From an uncultured Alphaproteobacteria bacterium (GTDB lineage Bacteria; Pseudomonadota; Alphaproteobacteria; Rs-D84; CACZYB01), in NCBI GenBank assembly GCA_934246625.1, contig CAKQHZ010000002.1:185112-217111 (forward strand): a stretch of DNA of 32,000 bases. The letters run 5' to 3'. The position numbers were made by a program, and so were the translations under genes. Below the pieces are notes generated by a model. It did not search any database. It was not told the origin of the DNA and saw only the letters and a program-made list of their open reading frames with translations. Below are positions 18,661-26,507 of this stretch, piece after piece. Positions within the stretch are counted from its first letter, which is position 1, and every line of letters starts with the position of its first letter.

Positions 18661-19315
18661 TTGTTTCTTCAGCTTTCTTTGCAGCCTTTTCTTCTTGAGC
18701 AGAAGGAACTTCAGCTGATACAGGAGCTTCTGTTTCAACAACTTCTTCAACAGCAGAAGTAATTGTTGCGATTGTGAATGGTTCGTGTGATGCAAATCTT
18801 AAACCATTTGGTAATTTAACAGATGTTGAGTGAATTGATTCAGCAACATCAAGGTTTTGAACATCAACTTCGATTGCGTCAACCATATCTGATGCTTTAC
18901 AGATAACTTCAGCTGAACGGCTAACGATGTTAAGAACAGCACCTTTTTTAACACCAGCACAAATGTCTTCGTTGATAAATTTGAATGGGATTTCAACAGT
19001 AATTTCTTTGTTCAAATCAATTCTTAAAAAGTCAACGTGAATAGGACAATCTTTTACTTTGTCGTATTGAATTGCTTGGCAAAGTGCAAGTTCTTTTTTA
19101 GCTTTACCTTCAATTTCAAGTTCAAATTGACGAGTTCTGAAACCCTTTGTTTGCATTTGTTTAAGTAAATCTTTTGGAGTAATAGAGATAAGTTCAGGAT
19201 CTTGTTTATTTCCATAAATAACAGCAGGAATTAAACCAGCTCTTCTTGTTGCACGTGCGGCCCCCTTACCACTTGTTTGTCTTGGTTTTACATTTAAAAC
19301 TACTTTATTTGTCAT
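18647..19315 (-). CDS. rplY: 50S ribosomal protein L25 (long Ctc form)
   Basis: 222 aa. N-terminus RQTSGKGAARATRRAGLIPAVIYGNKQDP, a second beta-domain, and an acidic/Ala-rich C-terminal tail. Confidence 0.92.
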   Translation of the reverse strand: MTNKVVLNVKPRQTSGKGAARATRRAGLIPAVIYGNKQDPELISITPKDLLKQMQTKGFRTRQFELEIEGKAKKELALCQAIQYDKVKDCPIHVDFLRIDLNKEITVEIPFKFINEDICAGVKKGAVLNIVSRSAEVICKASDMVDAIEVDVQNLDVAESIHSTSVKLPNGLRFASHEPFTIATITSAVEEVVETEAPVSAEVPSAQEEKAAKKAEETNDAK

Positions 19316-19383
19316 TTTTATATCCTTTTTTATTTTAAATTTTATTAACTAATTTGCCTCCAAGGGTGCAAATTATGTTGGGG

Positions 19384-19411
19384 AGTATATCATATTTGTT
19401 TGTAAATGCAA
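19384..19411 (-). promoter_or_regulatory. candidate promoter of rplY
   Basis: Minus strand reads TTGCAT (19411-19406), 16-nt spacer, then extended -10 TGaTATACT (19392-19384), about 70 nt upstream of the rplY ATG. Confidence 0.45.
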
Positions 19412-19448
19412 GGATTTTCTTTGTTTTTTTATTTATATAAATTTATTG

Positions 19449-19477
19449 TTGACATTTATAATTATTTTGTCTATATT
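19449..19477 (+). promoter_or_regulatory. near-consensus sigma70 promoter of the 19517 gene
   Basis: TTGACA (19449-19454), 17-nt spacer, TATATT (19472-19477), 40 nt upstream of the ATG, which has a GAGGTG RBS. Confidence 0.55.
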
Positions 19478-19516
19478 TATCTTAATCGATTCTTTTTAAT
19501 ATAAGCGAGGTGAAAA

Positions 19517-20227
19517 ATGGAAATTATAAATAGCTTTAATAAAAACTTTGAAAATGAATGTTCTTCAAAAAAGAAGAAACTTTTTTATGATAAGGAGGCT
19601 TTTAAAAAAGCTCTTAGAAATAAAAAAATTATGGGAAATCTTCTTCTTGCTTCTGTTCTTGTTGGTTGGTTTTCTTACTCATTTACTTCAAATCGTATTG
19701 CCGAAAAAAGAAGAATTGCTGATTTTGCGATGATTCAAGGGGTGGCTCTTGATGAACCTCATATTTTTACAAGAACTTTTGAAAATGGTTCTTTTGTTGA
19801 GGCAAAATATACAAATGCTTTTGATTATGTGAATGGATATGGTGCTATTTTAGATTCTTATGTGCCTGTGGATATAAATGGTGATAATGAAAAAGATTTA
19901 GATTTACATATCGTTGTGAAAACACGTTATGATAAAATTTCTCCTAATCAAATGTTTGCTTTGACTAATATCAAAAGTGGGTCAAAGTTGGTTTTGGAAG
20001 GCAAAATTATAAAAGATGAATTTGGTCGTCCAGTAAATGTTGTTTATCCTAAAAATGGAACAGGAGTAAACAAAAGTGGGGCTGTCGTTGTTGATAAAGA
20101 ACGTGGTCCCGATTATATAGATATGAAAAATTTGCTTTCTATTGATAATTGTAAAATGAAAAATACGTTGAATAAGAATAATCAAAAAATATTTGATGAA
20201 AACTTTAAACGTGTTTATTCACGATAA
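19517..20227 (+). CDS. hypothetical membrane-anchored protein
   Basis: 236 aa. Basic N-terminus, one TM helix (LLLASVLVGWFSYSFTS) and a soluble domain of about 170 aa with no motif I recognise. It has its own promoter and terminator. Confidence 0.6.
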   Translation: MEIINSFNKNFENECSSKKKKLFYDKEAFKKALRNKKIMGNLLLASVLVGWFSYSFTSNRIAEKRRIADFAMIQGVALDEPHIFTRTFENGSFVEAKYTNAFDYVNGYGAILDSYVPVDINGDNEKDLDLHIVVKTRYDKISPNQMFALTNIKSGSKLVLEGKIIKDEFGRPVNVVYPKNGTGVNKSGAVVVDKERGPDYIDMKNLLSIDNCKMKNTLNKNNQKIFDENFKRVYSR

Positions 20228-20284
20228 AATATAAAAAATAATTAAGAAAGTGAACAATATATTTTGTTCTCGTTAATGAAAATT

Positions 20285-20309
20285 GGCTCCTGTGATGGAG
20301 CTTTTTTTT
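20285..20309 (+). terminator. rho-independent terminator
   Basis: GGCTCC tgtgat GGAGCT followed by an 8-T run (20302-20309). It overlaps the 3' end of the convergent prmC. Confidence 0.7.
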
Positions 20310-21234
20310 ATTCTTTTTTTAGTTCGATTACACGGATTATTCCGTTTAAATCCTTAAAGTAATTTATAAATTTAAAACCAAAGGCTTCGAATATTTTTTT
20401 TGCATCTGCTTCTTGACCCTTTCCAATTTCAAGAAATATTTTGCCGTTTGTTTCGACTATGTCCCAATAATAAAGTGCCTTTGATATGTTTCTGTATTCG
20501 TCCAAGCCATCGTTGCCTCCGTATAATGCAATGCGAGGTTCATATTTTTTTACATCTTTATCAAGGGTTTTCATTTCCTTTTTTGTTATGTATGGTGGGT
20601 TTGAAATTATTATGTTGAACTTTTTATCCTTTATTTTTTTATGTGGTTGTTTGTTGCACCAATTATGTTTTATCATTGTTGCACGATTATCCAAAGATAA
20701 CTTTTTTGCATTTTCCTTTGCGGTTTTTAAAGTGTCGTCCTTTATATCAATACCAAAGCCAATGGCGTTTTCATATTCGGTTAGTAATGTTAACAATAAA
20801 CAACCAGAACCAGTTCCCAAATCAATTATTTTATATGGAAGAGATTTGTCCTTAAATTCTTTTTTTACTGCATCAACCAAAGTTTCGCTGTCGGGACGTG
20901 GAATTAAAGTATGCTTTGAAACCTTGAATGGAATTGACCAAAATTCACGTTCCTTTGTTATTTGAGCAATAGGTTCATTTTTTGCACGGCGTTTTATAAG
21001 TTTTATATATTCCTTATATTGTTTTTGTGGGACTTCGATTTTTGGATTTGAAATAAAAAGATGGTGCTCTATGCCCAAAATGTATGAAAGAAGGACACGA
21101 GAATCTAAATCAAAAGTTTCAATATTGGCATTTTTTAAAATGTCTTTGCCTTCTGATAAAATATCACATACTGTATGTTTTTGTTCTTTGTTCATCATAC
21201 ATACAATTTTGCATAGTTTTATAAATTTTTCCAC
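20308..21234 (-). CDS. prmC: release factor glutamine N5-methyltransferase (PrmC/HemK)
   Basis: SAM motif IIDLGTGSGCLLLTL and catalytic IISNPPYI. The family N-terminus suggests the real start may be the ATG pair at 21198/21195 (MMNKEQKHTVCDIL...). Confidence 0.85.
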   Translation of the reverse strand: MEKFIKLCKIVCMMNKEQKHTVCDILSEGKDILKNANIETFDLDSRVLLSYILGIEHHLFISNPKIEVPQKQYKEYIKLIKRRAKNEPIAQITKEREFWSIPFKVSKHTLIPRPDSETLVDAVKKEFKDKSLPYKIIDLGTGSGCLLLTLLTEYENAIGFGIDIKDDTLKTAKENAKKLSLDNRATMIKHNWCNKQPHKKIKDKKFNIIISNPPYITKKEMKTLDKDVKKYEPRIALYGGNDGLDEYRNISKALYYWDIVETNGKIFLEIGKGQEADAKKIFEAFGFKFINYFKDLNGIIRVIELKKE

Positions 21235-21246
21235 AAGTATGACTTC

Positions 21247-22110
21247 CTATTTTATAAAATGATTTATTATTTTTTTAACCTTTGTTTCAGAATCTCCAAG
21301 AATATCAAATTTTGGAGCATATTCCACAAATTCCGCACATATCATTTTTGGGGTATTTAGCATTGGTAAAATTTCATTTATAAAATCAAATCTTATGCCG
21401 TTTTTCTCTGGAACTTGGACGGCTGTAAAATCGGTTGTTGAAAGAACATCAAAATCAAATGAAATTATGTATTTTTTTCCATTTAATTTTTGTAGGACGG
21501 TTTTTACAGTGTCCTTTAGGTAATCAATGTTGTTGACCAAAGAGTTATCGGTTGTAAAAATGTTTTCAGATTTTACAAATTGAAGTTCAGATGGTTCGTA
21601 TGAACGAGCACCAATGAAAAAAAGGTTTTCCTTTTTTAGTGGGATTTCGTTTGTGCCAAGTGATAAATATCTTTCATCACCATATCCAAGAAGATGGCGG
21701 ACATTTGTCCCATGGGGTGAGCCTGAGGCTTCTTTTTTTGAAGATTCAGGGGTATGTATATCAAAGTGTGCATCAATATAAATAAGCCCTATGTCTTCGT
21801 TTGGGTAAAATTGTTTTACTGCTTTGAAGTGGGCAAAGTTTACGCTGTGATCTCCACCAACGAAAATGTGATTTTCAATTTCATCTTTTGATAAATTTGA
21901 TATGTGGTTGTAAATGATTTTTTGAATTTCAAAATTTTCAGAAAATCTGTCAGCCTTTAATTTTTCAATATCAAATTCCCATGTTGGAGACAACATTTCC
22001 CATTTGTGATTTTTATATATTGTTTGAATTTTAAGAGGAGCTTTTTCACATCCATCTATGATAGGATTTTTTTGTGCTCCTCTTCCATAATTTACACCAA
22101 TGAAAAGCAT
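21247..22110 (-). CDS. arginase-family metallohydrolase (arginase/agmatinase/formiminoglutamase-like)
   Basis: 287 aa. Ureohydrolase metal motifs VGGDHSV, YIDAHFDIHTPE..SGSPHG and ISFDFDVL. Substrate not assignable by eye. Confidence 0.75.
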   Translation of the reverse strand: MLFIGVNYGRGAQKNPIIDGCEKAPLKIQTIYKNHKWEMLSPTWEFDIEKLKADRFSENFEIQKIIYNHISNLSKDEIENHIFVGGDHSVNFAHFKAVKQFYPNEDIGLIYIDAHFDIHTPESSKKEASGSPHGTNVRHLLGYGDERYLSLGTNEIPLKKENLFFIGARSYEPSELQFVKSENIFTTDNSLVNNIDYLKDTVKTVLQKLNGKKYIISFDFDVLSTTDFTAVQVPEKNGIRFDFINEILPMLNTPKMICAEFVEYAPKFDILGDSETKVKKIINHFIK

Positions 22111-22111
22111 C

Positions 22112-23050
22112 TTACTTTTCCGTTGAAATTAGGTATGTTGTTGCTTCCATAGCGGATTGTGCACCAGATGCGGCTGCAATTACAACTTGTTTAAAACGAG
22201 GGTTTTTAACATCACCTGCGGCAAAAACTCCATCAATATCAGTTGCACAAAGGTCTGGTTTTGTGATTATGTAGCCAGCGTTATCAAGTGGAACTTTTCC
22301 TTTGAAAATTTCAGTTTGAGGAACATTTCCAACAGCAATGAATAAACCGCTTGTTTCATAAGTTGTTCTTTCCTTTGTATCAACATTTTCAACAGTGATG
22401 CTTGAAAGTTTTCCCTCTGTTTCGGTTGCTTCTACAACAACGGAATTCCAAATTGTTGAAACGTTTGGAGTGTTGAAAAAATGTGTTTGATTTATGTGTT
22501 CTGCAGTAAAGTGGTCGCGACGATGAATTACAGTTACCTTTTTGCAAATTGTTGAAAGATGTAATGCTTCGTATATTGCAGAATTTCCACCACCAACGAC
22601 AAATACTTCTTTATCCCTAAAGAAAAAACCATCGCAAGTTGCACAGTATGAAATGCCGTGGCCAGTTAATTTTTCTTCGTTTGGAAGTCCAAGTTTTCTG
22701 TAGGTTGAACCTGTTGCAATGATGACTGCATCAGCGGTGATTTCATTATCATTTTCGCATTTTATTGTAAAAGGACGTTTTGAAAAATCAACTTCAACAA
22801 CTGTGTCAGCAAGAATTTCGGCACCAAAAATTTCGGCTTGTTTTCTCATTTGCTCGGTTATGTAAATACCATCAATTTTTTCTGTGAAACCAGGATAGTT
22901 TTCAAGGGCAAATGTTTTTGTGATTTGACCACCAAATTCCATACCTGTGATTATAAGAGGGTGATTTCCATTTCGACCAGCATATATTCCAGCAGAATAT
23001 CCAGCAGGACCAGAACCAATAATTACGACTTCTCTATGTTGTTGTTTCAT
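22112..23050 (-). CDS. trxB: thioredoxin-disulfide reductase
   Basis: 312 aa. FAD motif VVIIGSGPAGYSAGIYAGR, redox-active CATCDG, NADPH motif VVGGGNSAIYEA, C-terminal FAAGDV. Confidence 0.93.
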   Translation of the reverse strand: MKQQHREVVIIGSGPAGYSAGIYAGRNGNHPLIITGMEFGGQITKTFALENYPGFTEKIDGIYITEQMRKQAEIFGAEILADTVVEVDFSKRPFTIKCENDNEITADAVIIATGSTYRKLGLPNEEKLTGHGISYCATCDGFFFRDKEVFVVGGGNSAIYEALHLSTICKKVTVIHRRDHFTAEHINQTHFFNTPNVSTIWNSVVVEATETEGKLSSITVENVDTKERTTYETSGLFIAVGNVPQTEIFKGKVPLDNAGYIITKPDLCATDIDGVFAAGDVKNPRFKQVVIAAASGAQSAMEATTYLISTEK

Positions 23051-23111
23051 TTATATCTCCTTTTTATGTATTTTTTGAGATTATAGATTAGTGGCATTTT
23101 TTTTTCAAGGG

Positions 23112-23837
23112 TTAATATCTTAGTTCAAGTTCTTTTACTATAGATTTTAATTTTTCTATGAAGTCCTTGTCGGTGAAAAATTGCATTATCATTTGTTGTG
23201 ATGGATTTGCTGGGTTGTCCTTTTCAACTGGGCGGTATCTTTGCACGGCATATTTTTTTACCCCAAGTTTTGTTATGGTTTCGGCAATTTCAAGTATGTC
23301 TGATTTTGTTAAAACTGTTGGGTCGGCGGTTGTGCGGACTTCTAAATCTTTGTTTTGTGATAAAAGGTATGTAAGACTTTCGAATGCTTGCTCTCCACTT
23401 CCTTTTACCTTTGTGATTTCATAATATTTTTCACATGGTGCTTTTATATCAAAGCCAATCCAGTCAATGTATGGAGAAAGTTTTTTAAGATTTTCAGGAA
23501 AACAACCGTTTGTATGAAGACCGATTTTAAAATGTGGTGCGAATCTGTGAATATCTTCGATTGCGGTAATTATTTCATCTGCTTGGGCAGAGGCTTCTCC
23601 ACCGCTGAAGACTACGGCGTCTAAAATTTTTGTTCTTTTTCTTAAAACATTTAAAATATATTCCCAGTTTTCCTTATCTTGTTCGGTTGGGCGGTGAAAT
23701 TCAAAAAGGTGTGGATTGGAGCAGTAAATACATCTCCAGGGACAACCTTGTAAAAAAATAACTGATGAAATTTTTTTTGGATAATCGATTGTTGTAAATG
23801 GGACGAATCCTCCGACTATGATATTTGAATTTGCCAT
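23112..23837 (-). CDS. nrdG: anaerobic ribonucleoside-triphosphate reductase activating protein (radical SAM, NrdG2-type)
   Basis: 241 aa. N-terminus IVGGFVPFTTIDYPKKISSVIFLQGCPWRCIYCSNPHL carries a CxxxCxxC cluster. AAAGGAGG RBS. Adjacent to nrdD. Confidence 0.85.
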   Translation of the reverse strand: MANSNIIVGGFVPFTTIDYPKKISSVIFLQGCPWRCIYCSNPHLFEFHRPTEQDKENWEYILNVLRKRTKILDAVVFSGGEASAQADEIITAIEDIHRFAPHFKIGLHTNGCFPENLKKLSPYIDWIGFDIKAPCEKYYEITKVKGSGEQAFESLTYLLSQNKDLEVRTTADPTVLTKSDILEIAETITKLGVKKYAVQRYRPVEKDNPANPSQQMIMQFFTDKDFIEKLKSIVKELELRY

Positions 23838-23863
23838 AAAGCCTCCTTTAAAATTATAAAATA

Positions 23864-23892
23864 TATTATATTTGTTTTGTTGGATATAGTCA
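23864..23892 (-). promoter_or_regulatory. near-consensus sigma70 promoter of nrdG
   Basis: Minus strand reads TTGACT (23892-23887), 17-nt spacer, TATAAT (23869-23864), upstream of the AAAGGAGG RBS and the nrdG ATG at 23837. Confidence 0.6.
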
Positions 23893-23900
23893 AGAAAAGC

Positions 23901-23932
23901 ATAAAATAAAACCTCTCGAAAATGAGAGGTTT
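23901..23932 (-). terminator. rho-independent terminator after the small nrdD-fragment ORF
   Basis: Perfect 9-bp stem AAACCTCTC (23909-17)/GAGAGGTTT (23924-32) with a 6-nt loop. On the minus strand it is followed by TATTTTAT. It sits 20 nt after the stop at 23953. Confidence 0.7.
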
Positions 23933-23952
23933 TTAATCAATAAATTTTGTTG

Positions 23953-24153
23953 TTATGCAATCTTTTTATCATAAACACAATTGCAATTCATTGAGGATAA
24001 TGTAGCAGATTCTGTGAAATATTTTCTTTCATAAAATTCTGATTTTTTACCTTTGTTAAAATTAGCAACTGGACGGCAATATCCCATAGCACGAGTCCAA
24101 ATTTCACATTTAGTTCTTTTGCTGTTATCTAATTTTTTTTCAAATGTTTCCAT
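23953..24153 (-). CDS. stand-alone glycyl-radical domain of class III ribonucleotide reductase (NrdD C-terminal fragment)
   Basis: 66 aa. CEIWTRAMGYCRPVANFNKGKKSEFYERKYF aligns by eye with the NrdD glycyl-radical loop (E. coli RRVCGYLGSPDARPFNAGKQEEVKRR). Its own AAGGAGG (24165-24159) lies 5 nt upstream of the ATG. Confidence 0.8.
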   Translation of the reverse strand: METFEKKLDNSKRTKCEIWTRAMGYCRPVANFNKGKKSEFYERKYFTESATLSSMNCNCVYDKKIA

Positions 24154-24219
24154 TATATCCTCCTTATGTTTTGTTAATATTATTATATTCCTTTTTTCTT
24201 ATGTTATCAATATCAAAAT

Positions 24220-26349
24220 TTAATGGTTTGTTTTTTCTTTTGATATGATTTCTTCATCACAGATTGGACAGTATTCGTGTTCACCTGCGATATATCCGTG
24301 TTTAGGGCATATTGAAAATGTTGGTGTTATTGTTATGTATGGAACATGATAATTTTCAAATACCTTTTTTATAATTTGTTTTGCAACTTCGGTGTTGGAA
24401 ATTCTTTCTGCCATATAAAGGTGAAGAACTGTGCCACCAGTATATTTTGTTTGAAGCGCATCTTGAATATCCAATACTTCGAATGGGTCATCTGTATATC
24501 CTACAGGAACTTGAGATGAATTTGTGTAGTATGGAGCATCTTTTTTTCCAGCTTGGATAATATCAGGGAAAATTTTTGCATCTTCCTTTGCAAATCTGTA
24601 AGTTGTTCCTTCTGCTGGAGTTGCTTCTAGGTTATAAAGGTTGCCTGTTTCTTCTTGGAATTCAACCATTTTTGCACGAATGTGATCCAAAAAGTCAGAT
24701 GCCATTTTTTGACCACGAGCATCTGTGATGTCGTATTCGTCGTTTGTAAAGTTTCTTATCATTTCATTGATACCATTTACACCAATTGTTGCAAAGTGGT
24801 TGCGAAGTGTGCCAAGGTATCTTTTTGTAAATGGATAAAGTCCACCATCGATAAGTTTTTGAATTGTTTTTCTTTTGATTTCCAAACTTGTTTTTGCAAG
24901 TTCCATAAGAGAATCTAATTTATAATATAGTGCTTCTATATTACCCTTATATTTATAACCAAGTCTTGCACAGTTGATTGTTACAACACCAATAGAACCT
25001 GTTTGTTCAGCAGAGCCAAATAATCCGTTTCCACGTTTTAAAAGTTCACGAACATCAAGGCGAAGACGACAACACATTGAACGAACATCTGTTGGTTTTA
25101 AATCAGAATTCATAAAGTTTTGGAAATATGGAAGACCGTATTTTGCAGTCATTTCGAATAATAGGTCTGCATTTTCACCTTCCCAAATAAAGTCATTTGT
25201 GATGTTGTATGTTGGAATAGGAAATGTAAATGGACGTCCCTTTGCATCACCAGAAGTCATAACTTCAATATATGCTTTGTTTATCATATCCATTTCTTTT
25301 TGAAGGTCGCCATAGGTAAATTCTTCTATTTCCTTTCCACCGATTTTTGGGTGTTGTGGGGCTAAATCCTTTGGACATACCCAATCGAATGTAAAGTTTG
25401 TAAATGGAGTTTGGGTTCCCCAACGGCTTGGAACATTAAGATTGTATATAAGTTCTTGCATTTTTTGTTTTACATCTTTGTATGTCATATTATCAAGACG
25501 AACAAATGGTGCAAGGTATGTATCGACTGATGAAAATGCTTGTGCACCAGCCCATTCATTTTGAAGAGTTCCCATAAAGTTAACCATTTGACCAACTGCA
25601 GATGATAAGTGTTTTGGTGCAATAGATTCAACGTGTCCTGGAACACCATTGAAACCTTCTTCTAATAATGCACGAAGGGACCAACCTGCACAATATCCAG
25701 ATAACATACTTAAATCATGTATGTGAAAGTCGCCATTTCTGTGTGCATCACCAATTTCCTTTGGATATATATATGAAAGCCAGTAGTTTGCAACAACTTT
25801 ACCAGAGATATTTAAAATCATACCACCAAGAGAATAGCCTTGGTTTGCATTTTCATTTACACGCCAATCAAGTTGATTAAGGTATTCAGAGATTGATTTT
25901 TCAACATCAATTTTGATTTTTTCAGAATCACGGCTTTGTGCACGTTTTTCACGATATAAGATGTATGCTTTGGCGGTTTCATAAAAATTTGCATCAATAA
26001 GAACTTGTTCAATTATGTCTTGGACTTTTTCAATGAAAACGGCTTGGGTTCCATCATATTTGTGATTTAATACTTTGATTACATTATTTGTTAATTTTAT
26101 AATTTGTTCAGGAGAGAAGGGAGTTGTTGCTTCGCCAGCAAGTTTTATGGCATTTTCGATTTTTTCAATATTAAAATCAACAACTTCCCCATTTCTTTTT
26201 ACAATTTGTTTGATATTTAATTTTTCAATAGGTGTTAGATTTATGATTTTTTCGTTTTGTTGGTCAGTAGTTTTACACACTTTAGTCTCTCCTTTTTGAT
26301 TCGTAAAAATATCATAAATTATTGATTTTTTACTATTTGTTTTTCCCAT
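24220..26349 (-). CDS. nrdD: anaerobic ribonucleoside-triphosphate reductase, large polypeptide lacking the glycyl-radical loop
   Basis: 709 aa. ATP-cone (IVKRNGEVVDFNIEKIENAIKLA), class III core (e.g. NLEATPAEGTTYRFAK, CCRLRLD) and a C-terminal metal ribbon CPKHGYIAGEHEYCPIC. It stops 13 residues later, before any RxxGY motif. Confidence 0.9.
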   Translation of the reverse strand: MGKTNSKKSIIYDIFTNQKGETKVCKTTDQQNEKIINLTPIEKLNIKQIVKRNGEVVDFNIEKIENAIKLAGEATTPFSPEQIIKLTNNVIKVLNHKYDGTQAVFIEKVQDIIEQVLIDANFYETAKAYILYREKRAQSRDSEKIKIDVEKSISEYLNQLDWRVNENANQGYSLGGMILNISGKVVANYWLSYIYPKEIGDAHRNGDFHIHDLSMLSGYCAGWSLRALLEEGFNGVPGHVESIAPKHLSSAVGQMVNFMGTLQNEWAGAQAFSSVDTYLAPFVRLDNMTYKDVKQKMQELIYNLNVPSRWGTQTPFTNFTFDWVCPKDLAPQHPKIGGKEIEEFTYGDLQKEMDMINKAYIEVMTSGDAKGRPFTFPIPTYNITNDFIWEGENADLLFEMTAKYGLPYFQNFMNSDLKPTDVRSMCCRLRLDVRELLKRGNGLFGSAEQTGSIGVVTINCARLGYKYKGNIEALYYKLDSLMELAKTSLEIKRKTIQKLIDGGLYPFTKRYLGTLRNHFATIGVNGINEMIRNFTNDEYDITDARGQKMASDFLDHIRAKMVEFQEETGNLYNLEATPAEGTTYRFAKEDAKIFPDIIQAGKKDAPYYTNSSQVPVGYTDDPFEVLDIQDALQTKYTGGTVLHLYMAERISNTEVAKQIIKKVFENYHVPYITITPTFSICPKHGYIAGEHEYCPICDEEIISKEKTNH

Positions 26350-26360
26350 TTTCTCTTTAA

Positions 26361-26407
26361 TTACAAGATATAGTATTTTTTTTAATGTTGCAAACTATAT
26401 TTTGTGT
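26361..26407. promoter_or_regulatory. tandem candidate NrdR boxes upstream of nrdD
   Basis: AAACTATATTTTGTGT (26392-26407) matches the remembered NrdR consensus acaCwAtATaTwGtgt at 14/16 positions. TTACAAGATATAGTAT (26361-26376; reverse complement ATACTATATCTTGTAA) matches at 12/16. Centre-to-centre distance is 31 bp, about three helical turns, as is typical for NrdR box pairs. Confidence 0.5.
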
Positions 26408-26461
26408 TTTTTGTTAAAAAATTTTCTTGACGGTTAAAAATGTAGAAAAATCTTGAATTTA

Positions 26462-26470
26462 TGGTATAAT
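26462..26470 (+). promoter_or_regulatory. extended -10 promoter element of the 26508 gene
   Basis: TGgTATAAT (TG 26462-63, TATAAT 26465-70), 37 nt upstream of the ATG, which has an AGAGGAG RBS. Confidence 0.5.
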
Positions 26471-26507
26471 GATTTTGTAAAGTTATAAAAAAGAGGAGAA
26501 AACTGCG

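Noticed and set aside
18661-18795. The 45-codon N-terminal extension of the listed epmA ORF (MHHTNHSQSQQLLLLLKKLLKQK...).
   Set aside because: It lies out of frame inside rplY, is low-complexity and is absent from EpmA family N-termini. The internal ATGs at 18660/18657 fit better.
20486-20965. 159-aa + strand ORF, plus other listed antisense ORFs such as 1107..1520, 3623..4039, 12052..12324, 14575..14919, 24974..25303 and 27871..28209.
   Set aside because: Each lies antisense inside a gene with clear family motifs, lacks start signals and has AT-rich shadow-frame composition.
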